A stretch of DNA of 63,839 bases, counting the filler, from Octopus bimaculoides (Eukaryota), in assembly GCF_001194135.2 (NCBI RefSeq). It is 7 parts of 7 records of this genome, joined end to end, with 100 filler letters (N's around TTAATTAATTAA, not from the genome) between each part and the next. Parts side by side here need not be neighbours in the genome. Positions count along the whole stretch, not along the records: positions 1 to 29,166 come from NC_068990.1; 6 more parts are not named here. The stretch is one strand, 5' to 3'. The number at the start of each line of letters is the position of its first letter. Position 1 is the first letter of the stretch. Below are positions 12,293 through 24,414 of this stretch, one piece after another. Position numbers and translations under genes: made by a program. The notes under the pieces are model-generated. The model worked only from the letters and a program-made list of their open reading frames with translations, was not told the origin of the DNA and did no database searches.

Positions 12293-12530
12293 ATACGTGC
12301 ATGTGTATACATCTTGATGGAATTTACCTCGGACTAATTATTTTATATTGGTTTATTTCTTAATAACTATTCAGTCAGAAAATATGATTGAAGTCCAGTC
12401 AAAATTACAGATGTTGATGTCACCAGTTCAATTTAGAGAAAGAGTAGTGCATATATATATGGTGTTTACAGTCCAAAGATGGTAACCTTTCTTGAATTGG
12501 GACAGATAAGTATTCACTATTTAATAAAGG

Positions 12531-13078
12531 GGATCTTTTTTAAAACGGGGGCCACATTTTTCATTAACGAAACACTTTGAAACTTGGAACACTGGTAGAA
12601 TGTGTCATATAAAACATCTTTTTCTCTTAGTCTTCTTAAAAACAAAAGAAATCCATAAATTATTCCATGTTAAAGTTGTCGTATTTCTGTAATTTCAACC
12701 AATCACTGACGTCCATTCAGCCGATATACATTAAGTGCCGACTACATAAACAAACGATTCTGAAACAATTAACCCTAACCCTAACCCTAGGGTTAGGGTT
12801 AGAGTTAAAGCAAATTTAAAATGAAAAAAGCAAATAAAACGAAGAATCGTTTGTTTATGTAGTCGGCACTTAATGTATATCGGCTGAATGGACGTCAGTG
12901 ATTGGTTGAAATTATCGAAATAAGACAATTTTTTACATGAAATAAATTCGAATACAAAAATATTTTTCTGTTCTATAACACAAAATAGATAAGTATACGA
13001 AGTTTGAAAGTCTTTCGGTACCAAAAACACTATGTAAAACATTAATGAAAAATGTGGCCCCTGTTTTCAAAAAGATCC
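12531..13078. mobile_element. Palindromic MITE with nested inverted repeats and a central telomeric-repeat palindrome
   Basis: 37-bp TIRs starting ggatcttttt; perfect 70-bp inner IR (12691-12760 / 12844-12913); (CCCTAA)n/(TTAGGG)n centre at 12769-12808; near-8-bp TSD aataaagg / aataaggg. Confidence 0.85.
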
Positions 13079-13149
13079 AATAAGGGCTACCTCTTTTGAA
13101 CTTCCCTTGGACTTGAGTTCATGACAACTACATTTGTGATCTGATCATG

Positions 13150-13790
13150 TTCTCACCAACAAGACTATCAGTCAGTCATATTTTCTGAATGAATAATCAC
13201 TGGTAATGATATTGCTGCATCAAAGTCTTCCATAGTTTCTTTTATAGATTTTTTTTACCCCAGCTTACTGGAACAGACTATGTGGAACAACCTCTCTGAT
13301 TCTAAAAGCTCATATCTATTATCAACATCTCCAAGGTTATGGAAATAATCATAAATAACGTTTTCCCTTCTCTCATTTTAGTCTCTTTTTAAGCACAATG
13401 CTAACATGTTTGAATTTCTTAGAGACAACCTTTATGTAATCTGTTCTTTTTCATCTCAACCCAGTGGTCTTCCACTTTTGAGAACTTCAGGGAAAGTGAT
13501 AATGTTGCATATCTATAACACTACATAACTCTCAGTAAATATCTGCAGTGACTTAAAATGCTGGGCTTCACAGTCAAAGATCACACATCTATAATATTGC
13601 CAGCAATACATCCCAAAAGCTAGGTTTCTTCTTCAAAATCAGATATATTTCAAGTTTGAACAGTTACTGATTCTCTACAAAGAACATGTATGGCAAATAA
13701 TATACTGCTGCTTACATATCTGGAAGAGTGCAGGTGCTGCATAAATAAATATTCATAAGTCATATCAGCAAATTTAATTAAAGGGGATCT
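13150..13790 (+). mobile_element. Decayed CR1/L2-group LINE RT to C-terminal remnant
   Basis: Remnants resembling PISLLSIISKVME and SQKLGFFF...LLILYK.HV...YC..HIW. Confidence 0.55.
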
Positions 13791-13988
13791 CTTAAATGAC
13801 ATGAGATGTAAACTGGTTTTATCAAGTTCTGATCATGCTTCAGAAATATTTCATTTTCCTTAGTTTTGTTAGTTACAAAGCATGTCAGATTATCTAGAAT
13901 CAAAAGACCCCAGAGAAAGTCACTGGAAAAGAATTTATTACTTCCAATAAATTTTAATTATTTTTTAATATTAATTTTTGCTTTTTAC

Positions 13989-14112
13989 CTTTAAATGTTA
14001 TTTGTAAATCAGTTATTTTGTTGTTTTCTCTGTAGCATGAAGAAATATCAAATGCCGACATCAAAATATCATCAAGAAATTCGAAATAGTTATCAGTTCT
14101 ATAGAAGTTACT
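13989..14112 (-). CDS. Same gene, exon: SNFYRTDNYFEFLDDILMSAFDISSCYRENNKITDLQITFK(G)
   Basis: Acceptor catatatttcag, donor AAG|gtaaaa; 124 nt, phase 0-1. Contains an FDISxCY motif. Confidence 0.85.
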
Positions 14113-14779
14113 CTGAAATATATGAAGCATAAAGCTACATTAATGTTAAAAACACTAAAATTTCTTCAAAAATTGATTCTATAAATATAAGGCTTTTAAG
14201 AGCGTACTATTTAAAAATTATAATATGTATAGTTTTTCAAAGAGTATAATGGAATAATTAAAGTAGTCACTACTGATTATACTTATTGCTTGATGATTAC
14301 TTACCATATCACCTGCAATAAAACCAGCAGTAACAATAATATGAATAATCCTTTTACTCTTTTGCTACTTCCTGTCCATGGACCATGCCCTTGCTGAGTT
14401 ACCATCACTGCTACTGCACACACACACACACGCATGGACAATTATACATTCTTTAATTTGCCTATGCATGTTTCAAATAGTATTTCAAAATTCTGTGATG
14501 CAGAAATCATACATATTAATCAATCCCATTTTCATTGACTAAGATTCTACAGTGATATTAAAATTTAATACCGTCCTATCTCTATTAAAGCTATACCACA
14601 CTGCTTAGGATAGAGGACATTTTCAGGCGCACAGCAGTAAAAGTAACAATATTTGATCAGTATAAGGGGTAAGAGATATTAGAACAGGCCTACTTAGGAA
14701 CAGTATTTGTCAGATCATGCCAGAATTGTAATATGATACTTAATTTCAACAATCCCACCTATTAACTTGAGGAATACTT

Positions 14780-15035
14780 ATGGCAAAAATTCCACCTAAT
14801 TGAAACTACTACTGATCAATTCAAATAAACAGAGGAAAGATACAGAACCAGGTTATTCAGTAAATAATTATTTGGGTCATGGTTGTAGACAAACATTTCT
14901 CATTATCAAGTGGATATGGTAGGTTATTTAAGAGACACACCATTAAATTTGCTTATTCATCTATGAGAAACTTGGTTGAAATTATAGTAGTTCATAATGC
15001 CAGTAATCTACTTAATAATAATAAGCATAGTAGTA
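14780..15035 (+). mobile_element. Penelope-like element fragment
   Basis: DKHF...LFKRHTIKFAYSSMRNLVEIIVVHN resembles the PLE motif DKHF...IFNRNTIKxSYSCMxN..II..HN. Confidence 0.65.
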
Positions 15036-15079
15036 ATAGTAGGAAAGAAGACAGTACAATGACACTGATAGGGAAATGG

Positions 15080-15895
15080 TCATCATGTTCAGTATGCAGA
15101 ATAGGATCAGGGAGAAGTAGGATGTGCCCAATATGATCTATGAGTATCCTAGAAGTGTAGTGGGATCAAAGGTAACCTGACAGTAACTAAAAGTTTTGCC
15201 TGTTTTAGATGTACAGAAATATTTAATCCCCAGGACACTAGCAAAATATATTCCTTGAAATATTCAGAAGTCTCCATTGAAGCAGTCGATAGCTTCTGTT
15301 ACCTAGGTGACCTAATCAACAGAGGAGGTAGGTGTTCTGAAAGCACAGCAGCCAGTTTGGAATAAGGTAGAAAAAGTTTTCAGTGCTGTGACCTTGTTTA
15401 ACAAGGGGGTTATATCTGAGAAAGGGGTGGAATGTATAATGCTTGTATATGAATTGCAATGTTGCATCATGATGAGACACAGGCACTGAATGCTGACGGT
15501 GTGTGAAGGTTGAAAAGAAATGAATTGAGTATAATTTACTGGATGTGAAATGTCTGTGTGCATAAATGATCAGGCACAAATAAACTGAGAAAAATTTAGT
15601 ATAAGAAGAATCAAATGTAGCATTCCAGATAGATGGCCATTCTGGGTATGGACTTGTAATCCATATGGATGGTGACAGGTGGATGAACAAGTGCTAAAAA
15701 GACTCACTTTGAAAGAATCAGAGGAAGAAGAAACCCAAGGAAAATATGAGAAAAAGTGGTGAAAGCTAATCTTGGGAAGCAGAACCTCACAAAAAAGAAG
15801 TCAAAGGAATGCAACAAGTGGTAAACTTCTGTATTAGTGAACACTTAACCAACCCATGGAAGCACTTGGAAAGTAGATGTAAAAATGATGACGAT
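15080..15895 (+). mobile_element. Older, decayed copy of the RTE LINE seen at 21300-23115
   Basis: CSVCRIGSGR..., VDSFCYLGDLI...GGRCSES, ending in a (GAT)-like tail. Confidence 0.75.
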
Positions 15896-15961
15896 GGTAT
15901 ATATATATATATGCACGCACACACACATGCAGACACACATTTAAATTTTAAAAATACTTAC

Positions 15962-16021
15962 GCCATCTGACACAATTTCCAATTTCACTGGTACAGAGAA
16001 TGGACTACCACTCCAACCTTC
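15962..16021 (-). CDS. Same gene, exon: EGWSGSPFSVPVKLEIVSDG
   Basis: Acceptor atatttctttatag, donor GGC|gtaagt; 60 nt, phase 0-0. Confidence 0.85.
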
Positions 16022-16644
16022 CTATAAAGAAATATAATTAGAAATTAACTACCAATAAATGTTTAAGTAAAAAAAATTAATAGATTCTAAACTTATATTT
16101 AGAAGTAAGGCATGTTTTAATAAAGAATTTTTTTATTCTGCATGGGGAGGAGTGTAGGGACCCCGCTTGGCTCTGCCTGAGATTTGAAACCAAATCTACC
16201 CACTTGTTGCTTGTCAAAACAAGCAGGAAATCCTCTCCACACCAGATGGTTGATGGGGAAACACTTGACCCTCAAGGACCTGTGCTGGTCAAGGAAAGTC
16301 AGTCCTTTGTTTAGAGTTTGACTTACATTACTGACCATAGTCTATATAACAGAGAGCATTTCTTATCTCTTCCTCTTTTGTGTCAGCCATGATCAAGAGC
16401 AGCACTTTCCCTTCACCCTTTGCTCAACATAGAAGAGAAACTTTCAGCCACAAGAAAGACGATGCCACCTTTATACTTTCTTCCTTCCTAGTCAGCATCG
16501 TGCATTCCTTACTCTTTCCCTCTCTGTTGGCAGACAGCAACTTCTACTCTATCAACTACCAACCAGTGAGCGAACTTGTCACTGCCACTACAATTACTGC
16601 TGTATCTCTAACTACATGCTAGGCAAACAAATAAGTATATGTAA

Positions 16645-16918
16645 ATGTAAGACATTCGAGCAAGATCGTTGCCTGTGCCGATGGACTGGCTCCTGTGCAG
16701 GTGGCACGTAAAATACACCATTTTGAGCATGGCTGTCGCCAATACCGCCTGACTGGCCCTCGGAGTGGTTGGCATTAGGAAGGGCATCCAGCTGTAGAAA
16801 CTTTGCCAAATCAGATTGGAGCCTGGTGTCACCTCCTGGTTCACCAGTCCTCAGTCAAATCGTCCAACCCATGCTAGCATAGAAAGCGGACGTTAAACGA
16901 CGATGATGATGATGATGA
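16645..16918 (+). mobile_element. RTE LINE 3' UTR, 5'-truncated (similar tails near 6682-6775, 41500-41705, 43500-43680, 52485-52800 on +; 4280-4440, 11993-12130, 28100-28300 on -)
   Basis: gtggttggcattaggaagggcatccagctgtagaaac...ccatgctagcat...cgttaaacga(TGA)n, the same end as the RT-bearing copy at 22940-23115. Confidence 0.8.
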
Positions 16919-17679
16919 AATAATATTTCTGCCTTCTTGGTGTTGAGTCTTCAATGTTTACTGGTTACTCTGATGCGAGAACCTTCAAGTATTACATCTA
17001 CATGCTACATTTAGTAGTCGGCTACATCATATCGATGTGATATGGCACTACACTCTGCATCAGCCTTTGTTTAAAATGGGTAAGAAGAATGTGAAACACA
17101 AGTATGAATATAAAGTACTGGGATTTTTAAATGAGGAATTCCAAAGGCCTCCTCATTGTTCACTGTTCATGTAATATATTAAAACCTTTCACTCTACCTC
17201 ACCTTCACGTCATATTTAAATTTTTTAATATTTCATTTTGTCATTTTTCTACATTTTCCATAATTTTTTTCTTCATTGTTCTCTTCTGTTATCTTTCATT
17301 CTTAGCTTTTGGTTTCCCCATCACTAATTGCTAACTTCTCAAGTATCACTTCCTTCTACGTGTTCATTCCTCATAACTTAGCTTTACTTCTCTTAGCATA
17401 GCACACCTCTCACCATCCTACTATGGCATTACCCTGTTATCTCTCTGTACTAGACAAGTATGAATGGTTTAAATGTGAAATATTTTCTACCATGAATTAG
17501 AACAGAACCAGTGACTTTGTTTCCTTAACATATGTCTCCCATATGGCATTTTTTACTTGCTTTTAAGGTAACAAATTCAGTTCTATGAGGGATTGTTACT
17601 TAAAATGAACAGATACATGAGTGGTGTATTAATGTTGTTTCACCTGTAAGACAAACCATACGCTTATGTTGTGCCAGTT

Positions 17680-18650
17680 AGAGAGCTTTATGTAGTGGTT
17701 TACTTGATAGAAATAACTGCTAATTTCCCTCAAAGCATAACCTACAATCCAAAGAATCTAAGGACACATTGTAGTTGTAGATTCACTGGACTTGGTATGC
17801 TGTGGCTAATGATGAAGAGGTATGCACTTAGGTTGTGGTATGTGCAAAGATTTCTGAACTATTTGCAGGTGAAGTTGTCATTTGTCAGACATGGCTTCTC
17901 ACAACTCATCTCTTTGATGAAGCTGCAATCATGTGTCAAAGAACTAGTAAAATTTGGTACTAATAGTTCTACACTAGATAAACAATGCAATCACTTTTAC
18001 ATTCACTGTTTATTCTATGAGGGATCAGCAGTGGAGAAAAATGATGATGTTCTCAGGGAGACTCTCTGTCTCACCAAAATTAATTGAGCAGTCTATTCAG
18101 AAGGGCATGCAGCCCAGGGATTGTGGAAAACTTCTACAAATCTCTCACCTAACAGTGCTACCAGTAGGTGAGGTGAGGCAGTTTTCTGGTAGGCAACAAA
18201 CTTTAGAGATATAGAAAGGCTGTAAACCAAGCTTGTTCAAGATGCATGCTAAGTAATGAAATTGTTTTTCAGTTTCAGTGATCAGGCATTGCTGACTTAT
18301 GAAGCTATATCAAACAGTTGTTACATGTAAGATGGATGTGGTTGTCAGACAAGTCCAATGCTGCTTTTCTTTGTCCAGAAAGGGTAGACAGTTTTCCTTT
18401 GTATGATGGATAAAATTGAAAGGACTTAGGACTGATATTTTTCTTTGCAGTCAAGCTGCCATCAACTTCAAGTTCTTCTTGGAAATGAAGGTAAAGGTAT
18501 AAAGGAAAGTATTACCCTCCATTTAATTTACAGAAAGATGTGTGATGACGTTGAGTATGGTCTACATGAAAGGGCTTATTCTCAGCATACTTCTGAAGAA
18601 CAAAGAACACAGCTAGGAGTTAGCACTTGCTTTGGCAATAAAGATAATCT
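17680..18650 (+). mobile_element. Highly decayed CR1/L2-group LINE, endonuclease to pre-RT region
   Basis: Ordered remnants LYVVVY, HIVVVD, HGFSQLI, IEQSIQKGM, ILLKN follow the EN-linker order. Confidence 0.4.
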
Positions 18651-18844
18651 GAAATCTGTGATTCCTTGATTGGGCTAAATCCCAGTATTTGATCCTTATA
18701 CTTCATTTCATTTCTGTTAATATTGATGTATTTTTTATGTCTGTTTTCTTATACTCAGTTCTATTTGTAAAGACCCCACCTATGTTTCTTTAAATTCTTT
18801 TTGGAATATCTCCCCATTTGTTGTCATTGTAATAAATAAAAACC

Positions 18845-18868
18845 TATTATTATCATTATTGTTATTGC

Positions 18869-18912
<44 letters not shown>
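18845..18912. repeat. (TTA/TAA)n microsatellite at the 3' end of the Dong/R4 element
   Basis: Direct reading. Confidence 0.95.
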
Positions 18913-19720
18913 GATTTTCTTCCTTCAATCTTCTTTCTATTTTTATGGATATTTTCTTGACACCTAGGGCAAAGAAACTCACTGTATACATTGATAGGCC
19001 ATTAAAATGAACATACCAGATTGTTCGTTTACAGAATCAGATGAAGTTATGTAGAAAAATAATTATGTGCATGTAATGTAATTGTTCTTACAGTGACAAT
19101 GCTCTTCTCTACATGTAATGTACTAGTTAAAACAATTTTTTGCACTTCTTGCAGAAATGGTAAACTAGGGATCATTCTCAAATAATTTTCAGTTCCTTTT
19201 TTTGATCATCCCAAGTGCTCCTACAATCACTAGTATTATAACCACCTTGAAATGCCACATGTTTTCAATTTCAATGAGCAAATCTTTGTATTTTCTGATC
19301 TTGTAAAATTCTTTTGTTGCAATATTATGATCACAAGGGATACTCATGTCAATCAATAAACAAACTTTATTATTTTGGTCTTTTACAACAATATCCAGTT
19401 TATTAGCTTTGATGGTTCTGTCTAAAAGTACAGGTAAGCCCCAAAGACTCATTATAGTTTTCTCTCTCAGTTATAGCCCCAGGGTGGTGCTTATACCATT
19501 TTTCAGCAGTTTTGATTTTATAATGCCAACATATTAACCAATGTAGATATTGGCCAATTCTGTCATGTCTTGATTTATATTCTATAGGTGCTAAAACTTT
19601 ACATCCAGAGTTAGAAACCATTATTTGACTTCCTGGCACATGGTGAAATTCTTTTCTGTTATGCAGTTCTGTTTGGTTAAACCTCAATGCTGATTTGTTT
19701 TAGTGTCTAAATTTTGATTC
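18913..19720 (-). mobile_element. R4/Dong-clade non-LTR retrotransposon 3' fragment (zinc knuckle and restriction-like endonuclease)
   Basis: SGCKVLAPIEYKSRHDRIGQYLHWLIC, RTIKANKLDIVVKD...LLIDMSIP (PD-D/ExK), KYKDLLIEIENMW, VIVGALG, LQEVQKIVLTSTLH. Confidence 0.88.
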
Positions 19721-20331
19721 CAAGTACTTTGGAAATTTTATAACTATAACACCCAGAACAATAACAGGTGTAGAATAGTTATGAAACTAATTAAAATCTC
19801 TAGTATACTGAAATGGTAAAACCTTACCAAATCACTATTTGCTATTTTCTTCGATAACTTAGACATAGTAGGTGATATTCATGAACAGGTGTTGAATAAA
19901 GAAACATCTTGCAATAAAACATTAAAATTAATGCCAAACTTATGTATTTAAGGGCAGTGCCAATGACAATCTTCCCGAAAATTATTTAGTAAAAATTTCT
20001 GAAAATTACATACAGTTTTCATCTAGACCATACAGTGTATTTTAAAACAATATAGAAGTAACAATTGTTTTGAACTAAACTTTCGTATTAACATAATATT
20101 CTTTGAGACAACTATTTCTGTTTCAATTATCACTGCAATGTTTCTTCTCTGACAAAGAAAATAAGAGCAGCAGATACAGTATTTCACTACTAAAACAATA
20201 ACAATGTGCATACATTATGTATATGATATTAGTAACATTAACATTATAGTGTGGCTTCTATTACATAATTTGAATTTATTCTACTTGTTTGATGCAATTG
20301 TAAATCAGCAAATAGTTTTTACTCTACTAGT

Positions 20332-20549
20332 TTGAGGGAGCACTGAAAAGTTCCTGGCTTTGAGGGTATTGCAAAAGGCCTGGCCGGAGGTCCAATCCTC
20401 CGAGTTCTTCTACAAGACTTAGAAAAACTGAAGAACTGCTGTAATAAGTGTGTGAATCTGAGAGGGGAGTATGTTGAATAAAATCATAATCAACTGATCC
20501 TCCTGTATTTTCTTTTACCCAAAGCCAGGAACTTTTCAGCATCCCCTTG
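20332..20549 (+). mobile_element. Mariner-derived MITE keeping the transposase C-terminal codons
   Basis: TIRs gagggagcactgaaaagttcctggctttg / caaagccaggaacttttcagcatcccct; internal LEKLKNCCNKCVNLRGEYVE*. Confidence 0.85.
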
Positions 20550-20859
20550 TATGTATTTCAGACTAGTGATTCCAATTGCATTTCCAAAGTGAGGCACATG
20601 TATGGAATTGATAAGTGGCAAAAACAGTGAAATACTGTATCTGGTGCCCTTGTCTCCACTTCCAGGGTGATTTCGTTTTTTCTATTTCTAAAGTATACTG
20701 TTTTTTTTTATGCTATACATCTTGAAAGGACTCTTTCTCAGACAAAAAATTGCAGTTTCTGGCTTGTAAACAACACACATACATTAAGCATATGATAATA
20801 TGATTAATTAGCTCTTTACAATGCTTATCATAAAACTAAATTTTAAAATTGTCACTTAC

Positions 20860-20946
20860 ATCCAGAAAGTAGAAGCGAAAGAGGTTATTTTGAAATGAAG
20901 CCACATAGGATTCAAAGATATTTGTCAACATACCACGAACATGTTG
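20860..20946 (-). CDS. Same gene, exon: QHVRGMLTNIFESYVASFQNNLFRFYFLD
   Basis: Acceptor ttctcttttatag, donor GAT|gtaagt; 87 nt, phase 0-0. Continues YVGQ into VRG. Confidence 0.85.
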
Positions 20947-21299
20947 CTATAAAAGAGAATAAAACATGTTTTTTCGTTAAATTAAATTAATCACAAAATT
21001 CTACTTGTTTATTGGAGTACATTAAATTAAAAGCCATATATGTAACTGAACTTATGCTTGAATTTTTTCTTAAGGGGAAATATATTAAAATGAAAATAAA
21101 CATTCCATTTTGTAATATTTCTTTAAATCTTTCATTTTAATAATTTAAATTAAGGAGAAACAAGCAGTACTCATTGTCTTTACAGGCACTTCCTTTGCAG
21201 TCGATAGAGATAACTGAGCAAGGTAAATATGTTTAATGTTCAGTTTGAATAATTTTATGTTAGTGGTGAGCCAAAAATTTCATTAGAGTGAGTTTCAGA

Positions 21300-23115
21300 A
21301 GAATACAGTTTCAAAAAGAAGGGATTAGAAAAAAAACCCCTATACTTGGCTTTTGTGGACTTGGAGAATGCTTTTGACAGGGTCCCTCGATCCCTTATCT
21401 GGTGGGTGATGTGGAAGCTGGGGATTGATGAATTGTTAATAAGGGCTGTAGAGGCCCTATACAGAGATGTCGTTAGTAAGGTTAGGGTTGGCGATGAGTA
21501 TAGTGAAGAATTCTGGGTAGAAGTAGGGGTCCACCAAGAATCAGCCCTCAGCCCATTCTTATTTATCATTGTCCTTCAGGCAGTAACAGGAATTCAAGAC
21601 AGGTTGTCCCTGGGAGCTCCTCTATGCTGATGACCTGGCCCTCATAGCAGAATCACTACCAGAACTAGAGAAGAAATTCCAGGAGTGGAAGCAAGGTTTA
21701 GAGTTGAAGAGCCTTAGAGTCAATGTTGCAAAGACCAAAGTTCTAGTAAGTGGGAAGGTGACCACATCACACACCCATTCAGGTAGGTGGCTCTGCTTGA
21801 TCTGTAGAAAAGGTGTAAGTAGAAATTCCATAAGATGTACCCAGTGTAAGCTATGGACGCATGAAAAGTGCAGCAACATCAAAGGAAGATTAACCGGGAA
21901 GATAGCTTTTGGGTGCAGCAGATGCATAGGGGCAATAAATACCACAGATGCTAAGAAAATAAATTCCATCACATGCCAGGGGAAAAAACTAGAAGTAGTT
22001 GATAGCTTCTACTATCTAGGGGACCAAGTCAGTAGTGGAGGTGGATACTCAGAGAGCATGACCACTAAAATAAGAATTGCCTGGGCAAAGTTCAGACAGC
22101 TTCTACCCCTACTGATGACAAAGGGCCTCTCGCTCAGAGTGAAAGGTAGATTGTACGATGCATGTGTGCGAACTGCCATGCTTCATGGCAGTGAAACATG
22201 GGCCATGATTGCTGAAGACATGTGTAGGCTCAAAAGAAATGAAGCTATCATGATCCGTAGGATGTGTAATGTCAGTGTGCACACATGACAGAGTGTATGT
22301 GCTCTGAGAGAAATGTTAGACATAAAAAGCATTGGATGTGGCATGCAAGAGAGACATTTGAGTTGGTATGGTCGTGTATTACAGATGGATGAGGAGAGCT
22401 GTGTGAAGAAGTGCCACTCCCAAACAGTAGAAGGAATCTGGGATAGAGAGAGACCCAGGAAGACATGGGATGAGCTGGTGAAGCATGACCTTCAAACATT
22501 GAGCCTCACAGAAGAAATGACGAAAGACAGAGACCTCTGGAGATATGCTGTGACTGAGAAGACCCAGCAAATAAAGTGAGATCACAGCTATAACCTACAC
22601 CAATGTTGCATAACCAGCCAACTCAAAAAGTATCCTTGGATCATAGGGCGACATGCCGTGCTTGAAGAGACCTATTGAGTCAAGTACATCAACATCAAAA
22701 TGAAATCAAATCACAATCAAATGGAAATTGTAGTTGTGGTCCCTGTGCTATCTGAACATGGTCGATGCCAGCCCCCTTGCCCCGACTGGCTTCTGTGCTG
22801 GTGGCATGTAAAAAGTATCATCTGAACGTGGCCTATGCCAGCACCGCCTTGACTGACTCCCGTGCTGGTGGCACGTAAAAAGCACCATCCGATCATGGTC
22901 AATGCCAGCCCCCTCTAGCCCCTGTGCTGGTGGCACATAAAAAGTACCCACCACACTCTTGGAGTGGTTGGTGTTTGGAAGGGCATCCAGCTGTAGAAAC
23001 ATTGCCAGATCAGACTGGTGCCTGGTGCAGCCTCCTGGCTTTCCAGACCCCAATTGAACCGTCTAATCCATGCCAGCATGGAAAACGGACGTTAAATGAT
23101 GATGATGATGATGAT
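21300..23115 (+). mobile_element. 5'-truncated RTE-superfamily LINE: RT with a PHD-like insertion, tandemly repeated 3' UTR and (GAT)n tail; frameshifted
   Basis: AFVDLENAFDRVPR, GVHQESALSPFLF, YADD at 21623-21634, KTKVLVSG, VDSFYYLG, LSWYGRV, ERPRKTW; frameshift near 21600 and stop at 22286. Confidence 0.95.
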
Positions 23116-24414
23116 ANNNNNNNNNNNNNNNNNNNNNNNNNNNNNNNNNNNNNNNNNNNNNNNNNNNNNNNNNNNNNNNNNNNNNNNNNNNNNNNNNNNN
23201 NNNNNNNNNNNNNNNNNNNNNNNNNNNNTAATCCATGCCAGCATGGAAAACGGACGTTAAATGATGATGATGATGATGATAGTTTATGGGCTTATAGTAT
23301 GAGACATGATAGAGATGACTGAATAGAAGGTAGTAGGTAGTATGTATACACATTTTACTCAGTTGCTTCATAGAAGATGCCAGTGCATTAACAATAATGA
23401 CATTTTAACAGTATTAGATGACACAAAGTAAGGACATTACATTGAAAAGGCAACATATTAAGCAATGTAAAGGATGTGATACTGTAATAGCAGTAAGTGA
23501 AACCATGTAAGGACATAAAATATAATGGTTGTAGATAAGACAATACAAAGACATTGCATATAACAGCAAAAGATTAACAGCAATAAATGAGATAAAGCAA
23601 GATATGATAATAGGTAGAAAATGCTGAACATTAATGAGCTATAAAGCAAATCACCATTTTGTTGTAAGCCAGAATGTGAATGTGTGTAGTATGCACATTA
23701 TCCCAGTGCAGACTGATGCAAATTAACATATCATAAAACTACCATCAAACTAACATTTCATATTCTATGAAAATATTTCAACAGATGGAAGGATTTACAT
23801 GCAACTCATATGCTTCCTGAATATGCATCGTTAAATATGATAGCACATGGACTAGTGGTTAGGGTGTTGCACTCATGATCGTGGGATTATGGTTTCAATT
23901 CCTAGACCAGGTGGTGCATTGTGTTCTTGAGCAAAACACTTAATCTCATGCTGCTCTATGATTATCATTTCAATACCTGACGCATGGTACATCTTGCACT
24001 TGTTCAAGCAATGTCGATTTGATGGAGTGAACTAATGTACAGCACATACATTCGATCACTATAAACAAATCATTTTGTGCAGGTTGTTTGTAAAAGCTGA
24101 ACTCTCGTACGTTGTCTTTAATGGGAAATACCACCATCACATATGATGGCAATCCATGATGAGGCCAATGAGATAAATGCAAAACTTCATTTCCAAATAT
24201 TCTTTTCTTTTATCTGTTAAAGTACTTTAAAATAGCTGTTCTCTATTCTGGTATGAGCAAGAAAAATTAAATGTCTTTATGGGACTTGACTAGAAAATTT
24301 CTTTTGATACTTGGATGCTTTCCTTAATTCAGTTGCTCAACTCCAAAATGTGAGCAACTAAGGATGAATATACATAGAATTAGAAGAAATTATTTTCTAT
24401 TTCAGAAGAATAAT

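Noticed and set aside
14305-14312. 8-nt micro-exon with strong-looking splice sites (ttgcag|GTGATATG|gtaagt)
   Set aside because: It would shift the frame between two exons that already join cleanly in phase 0.
23067-23280. Direct repeat of a LINE tail on both sides of a gap
   Set aside because: Most simply an unmerged contig overlap, not a biological duplication.
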